Below are positions 25,973-35,581 of a stretch of 64,000 nt of DNA, in pieces (within the stretch, counting starts at the first letter, position 1; each line of letters begins with the position of its first letter). The notes beneath the pieces were generated by a model, which saw nothing but the letters and a program-made list of their open reading frames with translations, did not search any database and was not told the DNA's origin. The stretch is taken from the IMG/VR virus record IMGVR_UViG_3300045974_000132, positions 186,001-250,000 of that record. One strand, written 5' to 3'. Made by a program: the position numbers and the translations under genes.

Positions 25973-28462
25973 ATGACTTTTATCGAGTCTATCAAAGATG
26001 TATATGAGGTACCAGAAGGCATGCCTCTAGCGGTATTTCAGAATAAGTACAGCCGAGTCAAATACCTCGAAGACAACCCGAACTATGATGCAACTGTAAT
26101 AGGTAGCAACCCGAAACGCCCTGTATATCAAACATGGGAAGAGCGTATCACAGAAGTTGTCGAAGGTAACTTCACTCTCGATCCGCGTTTCGGACCAAAG
26201 ACGCCAGAAAACTGTGCTTCATTCTTTGATGATCTGTATGCACCCTGGGACAATCTAGGTACTAAAGAAGAATTCTCAGCACGTAAAGAATTCCGTGATA
26301 CACTGCGCTTATCTAAGCAAGGTGTAATGCCTTACTCCGGTCGACATTTGCAGCACGGTGATAGAGTTCAGTATGCAAAGACAGGTGAGTTATTTACCAA
26401 CTGTTCTACTGCAATGTTCTCATGGACATTGTTCTATCTTCTACTCAAAGGCAGCGGTGTAGGTCGTGATTACTCTTCAGATATTTGCTGGGTTGACTGG
26501 GAGTACATGCCTGAGTGCCGTTTCGTACTCGACGGGCCAGATCAATGGGGTAACGGCGGTCATCCGGACTATGAGCCGTGGATTGAAAGTCTGCGTTCAG
26601 CAAGACACAAGTACGACAGTGAAGGTGAGAAGGTTCGTTGGTTTGATGTAGAAGACAGCGCAGAAGGCTGGGTCAAGATGATTATGATTCTTGAGACAGC
26701 TGCCTTCCATAAGAACAACAAAGAGCATCTGTTTGTCTTTAACTTTACGCCAGTTCGGAGTAAAGGCACGCCAATAAAAGGTCAGCAAGATAGACCAGCT
26801 TCAGGACCAGTACCGTTGATTGAAGCAATGATTAAGATAATGACCATCAAAGGGGCAGGATTTAAACCTTGGAAGCAAGCATTATTCATTGATGACTATC
26901 TAGCAGCATGCGTTGCAGTAGGTGGAATTCGGCGGGCTGCACGAATGTCTACTAAGTATTGGAAAGACCGTGATGCTCTGGAATTTGCTGACATTAAACG
27001 TGAAGGCTTCTTGAAGAGTGCTAATAATAGCTTGCTGGTAGACGCTGAATTTTGGGAGCTTGTGCGCAACCCAACAAACCGCGAATCATGGGCTGTACAT
27101 GCGCGCCGTGTGTTTGCAGCTGCAACGGAAGCTGCGTATCATGATGGTACAGGGGAACCTGGCTTCATCAACGTCGATCAACTTACGTGGAGCGATGAAG
27201 GTATTGATGAAATCACGGTGGACAACTACATAGATGTTCATTACGATAAGAATGTTCTTCGTGTGCACAAGAAGACGAAGGAAATGATTGGCTACATGCT
27301 GGACAAAGCCAAGCATAAGAAGTACAAGGTGATCGTGAATCCTTGTGCAGAAATCCCAATTGCGGTTTGGGGTGCTTACTGTACGATCGGTGATATCTGC
27401 GGTACTTATGCACGAACGCTTGAAGAATTCAAGTATGCTTGCTGGTTGATGGCTCGTGCCCTGATGCGTGTAAACCTGATGCAGTATATGTACAGTGCGG
27501 AAGTAAAACGCACTATGCGTATCGGCGTAGGTATGATTGGCATCTTCGAGTTTGCTTGGAATCACTTCCAAATCAATCTGCACGAAATCCTGCTGTCTGA
27601 ATTGCCGCCAGATCATCCGAAGGTGCTGGCTGCTATCGAAGCGGAAATAGTCCAGACAATGGGAGAAGATGGCTCTACGTTGGATAGTTACAACGTATAT
27701 GAGCGGAGCTTGCAGTACGCCAAGTTCATCGAAGAGTGTCGTGAAACAGTTGAACAATCGGCTCGTCAATATGCTGCTGAAATCGGTGTCAATGTTCCGC
27801 ACACGTTTATTACATTGAAGCCCTCAGGCACTGCATCTAAAGCACTAAATAGTACCGAAGCTGCAAACCCACCCTCAAACAATTTCTATCTGCGTAATAA
27901 CCAGTATCCGTTTGATGATCCTCAGTATCTTGAACTACGTCGTCGCGGATATCCTTGGCAAGACATAAGTCACTCGTATGCAGGTCATCACATCGTTGGT
28001 TTTCCAACCAAGCAGCAAATATCGGACATCATGGGTGACAAGGTTGTTGTATCAGCAGAACTTACGCCTGAAGATCAGTATGAGTGGTTGCGTTGGCTTG
28101 AACGTCATTGGTTTGGTGGCAAAGGCCGTAATGGTCAAGTATCATTCACAATGAAATACTACCCAGATCAGGTATCATTCAAAGAGTTTCAACAGTTGTT
28201 AATCGAGCACCAAAGCACAGTTAAGTGTTGCTCATGGATGCAGATCATGGATATGAGTAAGTTCCCATATCAGCCTGAGCAGCCAATTACTGAAAAGCAA
28301 TACTATGATTACCTAGAAGGCATTGATCGTGTTCAGATTGAAAGCTATGATGAATCAGAACTACAGTGTCCCGGTGGCTTCTGCCCAATCGAGAAAGATC
28401 AGTTGGTCTTTGCAGACGGTAGTAATGTGACAGATGCTGATCTTCAAGGTGCTTCAAACTAA
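25973..28462 (+). CDS. nrdJ: class II (adenosylcobalamin-dependent) ribonucleotide reductase
   Basis: TNC, GSGVG, ASGP, VGGIRRAA, GEPG, NPCAE, KPSGT, C-terminal CPGGFC; no beta subunit nearby. Confidence 0.85.
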   Translation: MTFIESIKDVYEVPEGMPLAVFQNKYSRVKYLEDNPNYDATVIGSNPKRPVYQTWEERITEVVEGNFTLDPRFGPKTPENCASFFDDLYAPWDNLGTKEEFSARKEFRDTLRLSKQGVMPYSGRHLQHGDRVQYAKTGELFTNCSTAMFSWTLFYLLLKGSGVGRDYSSDICWVDWEYMPECRFVLDGPDQWGNGGHPDYEPWIESLRSARHKYDSEGEKVRWFDVEDSAEGWVKMIMILETAAFHKNNKEHLFVFNFTPVRSKGTPIKGQQDRPASGPVPLIEAMIKIMTIKGAGFKPWKQALFIDDYLAACVAVGGIRRAARMSTKYWKDRDALEFADIKREGFLKSANNSLLVDAEFWELVRNPTNRESWAVHARRVFAAATEAAYHDGTGEPGFINVDQLTWSDEGIDEITVDNYIDVHYDKNVLRVHKKTKEMIGYMLDKAKHKKYKVIVNPCAEIPIAVWGAYCTIGDICGTYARTLEEFKYACWLMARALMRVNLMQYMYSAEVKRTMRIGVGMIGIFEFAWNHFQINLHEILLSELPPDHPKVLAAIEAEIVQTMGEDGSTLDSYNVYERSLQYAKFIEECRETVEQSARQYAAEIGVNVPHTFITLKPSGTASKALNSTEAANPPSNNFYLRNNQYPFDDPQYLELRRRGYPWQDISHSYAGHHIVGFPTKQQISDIMGDKVVVSAELTPEDQYEWLRWLERHWFGGKGRNGQVSFTMKYYPDQVSFKEFQQLLIEHQSTVKCCSWMQIMDMSKFPYQPEQPITEKQYYDYLEGIDRVQIESYDESELQCPGGFCPIEKDQLVFADGSNVTDADLQGASN

Positions 28463-28473
28463 GGAAAACTTAA

Positions 28474-28755
28474 ATGGACGTAGGTACTAGTAGGGAAATG
28501 CCTAAGTATGTGTGCCACAAAGAAGTATGGGCACTAAAGATCAAAGCTATTGAGGTTTTGTTTGTAGATGAAGATGATTCAGTACATGCAATCATCACGC
28601 CTGAAGAAGAAGGCTATGCTCCTTTTAAAGTAGATGAAGCATACCTTAACAAGCACAAACCTTTAGTAGGCGGTTACTATGTCTTATACAAAGGTGGCTA
28701 TCAATCCTTTAGTCCAGCTAAGGAATTTGAGGAAGGCTATACGCAATTAGTGTAA
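28474..28755 (+). CDS. conserved phage hypothetical protein
   Basis: KYVCHKEVWALKI...GYYVLY..GYQSFSPAKEFEEGY pattern. Confidence 0.7.
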   Translation: MDVGTSREMPKYVCHKEVWALKIKAIEVLFVDEDDSVHAIITPEEEGYAPFKVDEAYLNKHKPLVGGYYVLYKGGYQSFSPAKEFEEGYTQLV

Positions 28756-28758
28756 AAA

Positions 28759-28791
28759 GATAGGGAGTGTACAGTCTGCACTCCCTATTTT
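28759..28791 (+). terminator. intrinsic terminator ATAGGGAGTG/CACTCCCTAT-TTT
   Basis: long stem plus T tract. Confidence 0.75.
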
Positions 28792-28809
28792 CATTTGAAG
28801 GAATAATAT

Positions 28810-29097
28810 ATGTTGCTACTTCATGTGCAGTGTGAAAACCCATATGATCTAAATAGTAGTACCAAGAAACAAGATCGTGCCTATGCAACTAACAAAGAAC
28901 TCCATGAAGCTATTGCAGACCTAAAGGAGTATAAAGCTCTTATTGAAAATAGGTCTACTGCATTTAAGCCTAACATGATCTTGCTTTCAGTTAGTGAAAT
29001 TGACAATCTTACAGCCGATGAAATGAAATTCATGGGCATTACTCTTATTGAAGGTATGCTGGAAGCTATAAAGGCACATCCAGCTATATCACAATGA
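28810..29097 (+). CDS. hypothetical protein
   Basis: AAGGA RBS. Confidence 0.6.
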   Translation: MLLLHVQCENPYDLNSSTKKQDRAYATNKELHEAIADLKEYKALIENRSTAFKPNMILLSVSEIDNLTADEMKFMGITLIEGMLEAIKAHPAISQ

Positions 29098-29387
29098 TAA
29101 CAATTGTCCACTGTGAACAAAAGCCCTTTGACATCTATATAGGTAGAGAGAGTCATGGTCGAAAACGATCAAAGTGGGCAAACCCTTTCATAATAGGGCG
29201 TGACGGCACTAGAAAAGAAGTGATTGCAAAGTTTAGGCAATGGATGAAGAACAATCCTCTACTAGCAGACTTGCATGAACTTGACAATAAAGTATTAGGC
29301 TGTTGGTGCGGAAAGAAGTCTTGTCATGGGCAAGTGCTTATAGAATTACGCGAACAACAAAAACGAAAATCATTGTTTCCTATATAG
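29094..29387 (+). CDS. DUF4326-like protein
   Basis: DIYIGR...SKWANPF...LGCWC...CHG. Confidence 0.8.
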   Translation: MITIVHCEQKPFDIYIGRESHGRKRSKWANPFIIGRDGTRKEVIAKFRQWMKNNPLLADLHELDNKVLGCWCGKKSCHGQVLIELREQQKRKSLFPI

Positions 29388-29396
29388 GTAGGCATT

Positions 29397-30464
29397 ATGC
29401 TACGCGGTGTATCAACATCTGACTGGCACCTTGACGGTGGCCTTAGTAATGTATTCAAAGAAAAAGCTTTACCAAAGATGCTCCATGAACTTGATAAGAT
29501 TTTCAAGTATTGTGTCGAGAACGATATTCACCATCTATTTATGTCCGGTGATATTTCTGATAAAGCTAGGCTGGATGAAGAAACATTTATTGCTTTAGTT
29601 ACCTTGCTGTTGAAATACGATCAGTATGTAAACTTCTACTACCTATTAGGCAATCATGATGTGGCGCATGTTGGTCGTACATCAATTGACGTTCTTCGTA
29701 TTTTTGCAGAGAACGGTGGTCTAAAGAATGTTCGTATATTCAGCAAGCCTGAAGTTATCACTATCGACGGTATTGAAGTAGGATTTGTACCATTCCCTTA
29801 TACGCAACTTGAGACTAAAGATAAAACACCTAAGCTAATCTTTGCACACATTGAAGAAGCTGGAGCAATAGGTGACAATGGACATCCTCTGAAGTCACAG
29901 CACCTTAAGTTGCTACGTAGCAAGGATGATTTTGTATTCAGTGGACACCTGCATACTTATCAAGTAATGAAAGATAGACGTATTGTGTTCCAAGGTGCTC
30001 CGTATCAGAAGAACTTCGGTGAGCAAGGTAAGAAGGGCTTTGTTGAATTCAAAGCTCGTTATAGTCGTGACGGTGATCTTCAGGTCAAACCAACGTTCGT
30101 AGATAATCGTCCTGAGTTTACTCTTATCAATCTTGCGATCAATGAGGATGCAGACTTTGATAAGATTGAGCGCAATGAAAACATGCTTTACAAGATCACA
30201 TTAGGTGAAGGAGTTATTGCACCTAAGGGTATTACGCGAGACTTTCCAAACATCATTATGTTGAACGGCGTGTCTTATAAAGGGCGCTCAAACATTGATA
30301 CCTCTGAGAAAATGTCAGCGGAAGATATTCCAAAGATCACTCCTCTTACAGGCCTTGTTAAGTATCTGCACAAGTATGAGCTTGAAAAAGCAGAAGTAAA
30401 ACGAGCAGTAAGTATGGTCAAGGAAGCTATTGCGTTCATCCAAAATAACGGAGTACCGAAATGA
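29397..30464 (+). CDS. SbcD/Mre11 (gp47-like) nuclease
   Basis: SDWH, GDISD, GNHD, SGHLH, GAPYQKNFGE. Confidence 0.9.
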   Translation: MLRGVSTSDWHLDGGLSNVFKEKALPKMLHELDKIFKYCVENDIHHLFMSGDISDKARLDEETFIALVTLLLKYDQYVNFYYLLGNHDVAHVGRTSIDVLRIFAENGGLKNVRIFSKPEVITIDGIEVGFVPFPYTQLETKDKTPKLIFAHIEEAGAIGDNGHPLKSQHLKLLRSKDDFVFSGHLHTYQVMKDRRIVFQGAPYQKNFGEQGKKGFVEFKARYSRDGDLQVKPTFVDNRPEFTLINLAINEDADFDKIERNENMLYKITLGEGVIAPKGITRDFPNIIMLNGVSYKGRSNIDTSEKMSAEDIPKITPLTGLVKYLHKYELEKAEVKRAVSMVKEAIAFIQNNGVPK

Positions 30465-30625
30465 AATTTTTAAACTGGCTACGCAAAGTCAAATGTAAGC
30501 ATGACTGGAAGTTGAAGTTTGTGCATGTAGTTACAGGTGCTCCTCTTGAACGCCATTGTACTAAGTGTTCTGCAATACAACGTGCTGAAACAGTTTGGTG
30601 CACAGTCAATAGAGGTACTATATGA
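30461..30625 (+). CDS. small Zn-ribbon-like protein (54 aa)
   Basis: CKHDW...CTKC; ATGA overlaps at both ends. Confidence 0.6.
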   Translation: MKFLNWLRKVKCKHDWKLKFVHVVTGAPLERHCTKCSAIQRAETVWCTVNRGTI

Positions 30626-30834
30626 GCGTAGAAGATACTGAAAGATTAGATTGGGCAGAACAGCATCCTTTGGAGTTTATTGAGCAAGTATTAGGAAAGT
30701 GCCCCGACGGCTCAGACGGACTTAGAGTAACTGCCCCTTTAACAGGAAGGACTCTTGAAAGCGGAGCATTGGAGATCGGTAAGCCTCACTGGAACATGCG
30801 TTTAGCTATTGATGAAGCTAGGAGTAAAACATGA
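30622..30834 (+). CDS. hypothetical protein
   Basis: DTERLDW...RLAID phage-type motif; coupled start. Confidence 0.6.
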   Translation: MSVEDTERLDWAEQHPLEFIEQVLGKCPDGSDGLRVTAPLTGRTLESGALEIGKPHWNMRLAIDEARSKT

Positions 30835-31127
30835 GCATGATACGAATTGATAAGTCTGCCTTGATTAGAACAATCGTAGGCAACACTGATGCGAATGAAC
30901 AAGACGCCCGCGCTATAATCAATACAGTGATGTTCAAGCAAGAAAAAGAACACGGAAGCAAGTGTCAAGAAGACAGATCGTGGATGGATGTATGTGAAGG
31001 CACTTACGCAGACAAAGTTGATGAATGCTTACGCCTTGTCGAAACAATCCGTGCTATATATGCCTTAGCAGGAGAGAATCCGCAAATTAAAAATCTAGTT
31101 GACGAGGCTTTGATTGATTATGACTGA
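30831..31127 (+). CDS. hypothetical protein
   Basis: AGGAG RBS; coupled. Confidence 0.6.
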   Translation: MSMIRIDKSALIRTIVGNTDANEQDARAIINTVMFKQEKEHGSKCQEDRSWMDVCEGTYADKVDECLRLVETIRAIYALAGENPQIKNLVDEALIDYD

Positions 31128-31413
31128 GTTCGATACTCAAGTAGCTAGGTTGAGACTAGGTGCGACACCTAAGCTTCATCTTCTATACACAGGTGGTGGT
31201 CGTGGCCTACCCATATACATTCTGCATCGGCAGGAACTTACGAAAGACAGCCTTGAAAAAGGGTACATTAAACCTTATTTAGCAAGGTGGTCAGAAGGTT
31301 GCGCAGTATTAGATGACAAATCTTACGAGGTTTGGTTGAAGGACTATAAACGTGCAGGTAGTCCTGTAGTTACTCGACACAATAAAAGTTACATGCAACT
31401 GGCTGAGAGGTAG
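31114..31413 (+). CDS. hypothetical protein
   Basis: GAGG RBS; packed. Confidence 0.55.
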   Translation: MIMTEFDTQVARLRLGATPKLHLLYTGGGRGLPIYILHRQELTKDSLEKGYIKPYLARWSEGCAVLDDKSYEVWLKDYKRAGSPVVTRHNKSYMQLAER

Positions 31414-31419
31414 GATCAA

Positions 31420-31659
31420 ATGCCTAATCGAATGAATTGTGATACGTGCGATCATAAAAAGATCAATCGCGATCCTGAACTGCATTGCTACATGTTCAAA
31501 GTAGAACCTGTCTGTACGTGTATGCAGCATACCTGTTTCAAGGAAGAAGTAAAAGCCTTCGCAGCTATCATCAAAGGTAATGTTAAAGACCACCTTGAGC
31601 TTATGAAGAAGCGCCGAGAGTATGCTAGGAGCTGTTTAAATCCTGACAAGAATACCTGA
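31420..31659 (+). CDS. small Cys-rich hypothetical protein
   Basis: CDTC..HCYMF...C; ends before the terminator. Confidence 0.55.
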   Translation: MPNRMNCDTCDHKKINRDPELHCYMFKVEPVCTCMQHTCFKEEVKAFAAIIKGNVKDHLELMKKRREYARSCLNPDKNT

Positions 31660-31671
31660 AATTCAGCCAAC

Positions 31672-31709
31672 AAAAAGCCCCGGCTCTTAATTGAGTACGG
31701 GGCTTTTTT
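31672..31709. terminator. bidirectional terminator AAAAAGCCCCG...CGGGGCTTTTTT
   Basis: inverted repeat between convergent genes. Confidence 0.85.
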
Positions 31710-31715
31710 ACGTCC

Positions 31716-32264
31716 TTATTTTCTATCAGTTTCTAAGTAGGTTACCTTCCGATGCTTATCTATTACGCACCTTTCATATACAAACCCTAGAGTATGAATA
31801 AACCTAATAATATGATTGGTGAAGTATCCGCTGTATGTTCCGACTTCCTCAAAAGTAGGAAAGCAATCTATAAAGCTATTGTTTAACGGATCATAGAACA
31901 AAGGAATTCTAGTCTGACCTCTATATACGATCTTAGGTATTGGGAACTCTAGGTTTGTATATACATGTCTACCTAGGTTTGTTAAACTCCGTAGACAATG
32001 CTTTTCCCAAGGATCTTTATGGACGGTATACTTTCGATCTATACCTCGAAAAGTAGATATTAACTCTACCTTTGACGGTAGAACTCCTCGTGACTTACAT
32101 AAGGGACATATACCTACTAGATGGTTTACATTGTTTATCTCAGGGCAGGCAAATACAGACTTAGAAGCCTTTCTATACATTCGTGTAATTCGCTTCCTAT
32201 AAAGGTCGGGAAAATCCTTGAAGGTCGGGAATTTTTTATGTTTTTTAGCGTACTCGGTTGTCAT
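31716..32264 (-). CDS. AT-rich basic hypothetical protein
   Basis: only minus-strand gene in the block; ends at the bidirectional terminator; CTGTAAATA upstream. Confidence 0.6.
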   Translation of the reverse strand: MTTEYAKKHKKFPTFKDFPDLYRKRITRMYRKASKSVFACPEINNVNHLVGICPLCKSRGVLPSKVELISTFRGIDRKYTVHKDPWEKHCLRSLTNLGRHVYTNLEFPIPKIVYRGQTRIPLFYDPLNNSFIDCFPTFEEVGTYSGYFTNHIIRFIHTLGFVYERCVIDKHRKVTYLETDRK

Positions 32265-32344
32265 AAAAATACCGTGTGTAAAATAAATATGAGAAAACTA
32301 CACTTGCATGTATTATTTACAGTTTTTGATATAAATCAATAGTT

Positions 32345-33195
32345 TAGCGTGCCTTACTAGAAAGCACTTTAAATAGACGGTATATGCTATTGGGAAACAC
32401 CTGGCAGAATCTACGGGAAAACAGAGCCTAGAAAAGATAGCGTATGTAGGTTTCTGACTAGGGCTTAAACCATACTGTAAACTACGGTTATAACATGAGT
32501 GTTGTGTGAGTTGGATCGCAGAGCCAATGAGTGTAGCTTGTTATACAGAGTAGCTAGCCGTCGGCGATTGAGACATGTGGGAGTATCATGTGCACTGGAT
32601 CTTTAAGGTTTAGCTAATCGGGCAATTGAACTTTCCAGCAGTCTCTAGTGTGGGCTGACCAGTTCGCTACTGTGCTACCATATAGGCGTCACCGCTGAAG
32701 GCGGGGCGGGAGAGGGTTTAGAAGCCGGAGGCTGATGATTCCCTGACTTGAATTTCGCGGAGCGTAAGTGGCCGTAGTGAGCGGAGCGAGCGAAGGGAAG
32801 TAACGTAGCGTAGCAGGAAATTTAAGGCCTTGAGTGAGCGCAGCGAACGAAGGATATAAGGCAACACAAATGACAACGGAAAAGCAGCTACCATATAGGC
32901 GATTGACAGGCTCCGGGTGTTTGTCAGCTACCTATAAGGCGAACAGATGCCGTGAGGCAAGGTTGCTCATATCCGCGGTCTTACAGACCTTACTTATTAT
33001 GAGTAATCAGTAAAATCTTAAGGAATAATCTAATTTGAACTAAGTTAGAAGGATGTTAACTTATAGATCCTTAATAGAAGTTTTTCCAAAGGAAAAACTT
33101 TGTTTTCTTTAAACACGCGACGCTTCGGCGCCTGCGCTCACCCTGATGATTGCTCTCGGGATGACCGCGCTGGCCACCGCCTGTGCGTAGCTAAA
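32345..33195. other. structured non-coding island (candidate replication origin and/or long ncRNA)
   Basis: no ORF of 60 aa or more; 15-bp and 21-bp direct repeats; many hairpins; AT-rich segment. Confidence 0.6.
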
Positions 33196-33199
33196 TAGT

Positions 33200-33697
33200 T
33201 TGTTAAAGGTTATGCAAAAAAGACTATTAGCGCACCAGTTAGTAGAAGCCTCTAAAGTATTTGCTTACAAAGGTGAGCTATACTTTAAAAGGATTGCTCC
33301 TACTACAGCCGTTGCTCCTCTGTACAACACGGGTCATTACTTCGACCTATCATGTAACGGACTGAGCTTAAAATTCCACCCTATAAGCTTTACACTCCGC
33401 TCTGTACAGCCTATAATCTCTATCAGGGACTTACTTGATCGTGAGTGCTTGCTTGAACGTGCTTTCTTCACCTGCTATTACGATCCTTATTTGTTGATCG
33501 AGGACGTCAAGATCGTTACTAAGATTACCTTAGAAAGTGCAGGTATATCTTACTTATTAAACTGTAAAGTATATACACCGAAGTACGAAATGTTCTATGA
33601 CTACCTTTTGCCAGGTGCTCAAAGACGACATGTTACCGTAAGGGTGGAAAATGTTACAGTCGCACCTTCAATTATCATCAAAAATAAAGCTCCTTAG
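33200..33697 (+). CDS. hypothetical protein
   Basis: 165 aa ORF. Confidence 0.55.
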   Translation: MLKVMQKRLLAHQLVEASKVFAYKGELYFKRIAPTTAVAPLYNTGHYFDLSCNGLSLKFHPISFTLRSVQPIISIRDLLDRECLLERAFFTCYYDPYLLIEDVKIVTKITLESAGISYLLNCKVYTPKYEMFYDYLLPGAQRRHVTVRVENVTVAPSIIIKNKAP

Positions 33698-34061
33698 TCC
33701 TACGTTTGTGCAAGCGGCCATCCAGTTTAATAGGGATGCAATAGCGAAGCCAAACTACTTGGGTAGCAATGAATGGTTGTATAGTCCCACTGTAGACCTA
33801 TACATCAAAAGTTATTTTCGACACATTAAAGGTGAGTATGTCCGAACGCTTGTTGTATCCAACGTTCGGGTATATACTCAGCACAAAGGACTGTATGATG
33901 CAGTCCTCAGTTTAATGTACAGCCTTCTTTCAGTCGGTGAAGCTGTCTTCATCGAGAACGTATTAGACCCTGAGCAAATTCCTATTTATACGCGCAGAGG
34001 TTTTCAGCAATACAATGTTGGGCAAGAAGGACCTCCGTCTTTCTTTTTCATCAAAGTATAA
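33651..34061 (+). CDS. putative GNAT-like acetyltransferase
   Basis: VRVYTQHKGL and YTRRGF resemble GNAT motifs A and B. Confidence 0.45.
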   Translation: MLQSHLQLSSKIKLLSPTFVQAAIQFNRDAIAKPNYLGSNEWLYSPTVDLYIKSYFRHIKGEYVRTLVVSNVRVYTQHKGLYDAVLSLMYSLLSVGEAVFIENVLDPEQIPIYTRRGFQQYNVGQEGPPSFFFIKV

Positions 34062-34206
34062 ACATCTTTAACTCAAACCGTAGGAGGTAGCACACGAAAC
34101 ATACCCGCCCTTTAAGGGTGGAACAACGCGATATGGAAACTTTAAATAACGTCGGTATCACAAACATCCATATTACGCTCAACCACATCTTCTAAGGAGG
34201 TGCCGA

Positions 34207-34869
34207 ATGTATATTCCGCATATATCCTGCCTTTTCAAGGCTGCAACAAAATCACTTTCATCAACCCTTTGCCTGCTTGCTCTAGTTTTGATTCCGTTGC
34301 AAGCTTGTAGTAATATCGAATCATTATCTTCTGTTTCTCCTGAGCTACCTATCGTTTTGAACAACGAAACTTTCAAGCAGGAAGAAGCAGCGCAAAAGCC
34401 GCTAGTGACCGATGATACTGATTCCGTCTTTGCGGCTAAGGCCTCTTCATACATGAAGAGGGTAAATAAAAACCTTTCAGACAATGATGCTCGTGCTTTT
34501 GCCGTGTACATCAATCGTGCGTCTGAGGAGTACGGTGTTGATAAACACTTGCTCTTAGCGTTGATTCGGATAGAAAGCCGATTCAATCGCACTGCCAAGT
34601 CACCAGATGGCGCTAAAGGTTTAACTCAGGTGATTCCCAGGTATCATAGGAGTAAGATCGCAGAAGCACAACGCTTCTATAAAGGCGACTTATTTCATCC
34701 GGGGGTAAGTATATTCGTAGGGGCTTCTGCATTCCGTGAATGTATTCAGAACACTAGGGATATATCGTCAGCTTTGTTGTGCTACAACGGAAGCCAATGG
34801 GACAGGTCTAAGCATTATGCTAAACTTGTACTCGGGGAATACCGGGTAGTTAAAGCACAAGTTCTATAA
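34207..34869 (+). CDS. soluble lytic transglycosylase (SLT) with N-terminal signal or lipobox-like segment
   Basis: LIRIESRFN..AKS..GAKGLTQV; ALLCYNG. Confidence 0.9.
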   Translation: MYIPHISCLFKAATKSLSSTLCLLALVLIPLQACSNIESLSSVSPELPIVLNNETFKQEEAAQKPLVTDDTDSVFAAKASSYMKRVNKNLSDNDARAFAVYINRASEEYGVDKHLLLALIRIESRFNRTAKSPDGAKGLTQVIPRYHRSKIAEAQRFYKGDLFHPGVSIFVGASAFRECIQNTRDISSALLCYNGSQWDRSKHYAKLVLGEYRVVKAQVL

Positions 34870-34872
34870 GCA

Positions 34873-34909
34873 AAAGGGCAGTTGTCTAATCGGGCAGCTG
34901 CCCTTTTTT
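34873..34909 (+). terminator. intrinsic terminator AAAAGGGCAG.../CTGCCCTTTTTT
   Basis: stem plus T6 directly after SLT. Confidence 0.8.
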
Positions 34910-34977
34910 GCCTTCTGGATTACGCATTCAATACTGTAAAAACTGTATATGATTACTCTAACTTCGACCCTACGTCC

Positions 34978-35580
34978 ATGCCCTTTGATCCCTACACATG
35001 CCTTAATTGGTATGAAATAAGTCCTGAGTACAAGCCAGATAAGCACAAAGGCTATTCCTTCCTTATGCTTGCGTATTGCGTTGACGACCTTGTTATCGAA
35101 ATGGGTCAGGTTGCTGTAACAAGTACGAATGAATATTGGTGGTTTACTACCAATCCGAATATACACTGTAAGCATACTGCTTCCTCTCATTATAAGTATC
35201 CTGAAGATGCAAGGGAAGCACTTGGTGACTATGTAGCGTCGGAGATTATAAGAATGCGAAACTTAGATACACCTGTATTCAATCACGATCTACCTAAAGT
35301 AGTTTGGTGTAAGTCAGATGAAAAAGCAAGAGCCGATAGTGATTATGATATAGGTGGTTTTCAAGCAGGGATGGATTGGGCTTTACGAACAAGCGGGGTT
35401 CCTCGTAAGCCTACTTGGGCAACTTACATTGTTCAAAACCGCGACAGATCATTAACTTGGTTTGAATGTAAACCTACTTATCATCACAATGACGGAAAAT
35501 GGATTTGTGATGAAGGTAGATCAGAGGTAGTAATTCTTTACGATAGTCAATGGAGCAAAGCGATTAAAAGGATTAAATAA
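34978..35580 (+). CDS. hypothetical protein (probable start at MPFDPY)
   Basis: the longer ORF start lies inside the terminator; PTWATYIVQ..D...WFECKP phage-type motif. Confidence 0.6.
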   Translation: MPFDPYTCLNWYEISPEYKPDKHKGYSFLMLAYCVDDLVIEMGQVAVTSTNEYWWFTTNPNIHCKHTASSHYKYPEDAREALGDYVASEIIRMRNLDTPVFNHDLPKVVWCKSDEKARADSDYDIGGFQAGMDWALRTSGVPRKPTWATYIVQNRDRSLTWFECKPTYHHNDGKWICDEGRSEVVILYDSQWSKAIKRIK

Positions 35581-35581
35581 C

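Noticed and set aside
27086-27802. 238 aa minus-strand ORF
   Set aside because: Entirely antisense to nrdJ with no recognisable motifs
32674-32941. Mini-CRISPR from the GCTACCATATAGGCG repeats
   Set aside because: Repeats are only 15 bp with irregular spacing (about 200 and 25 bp)
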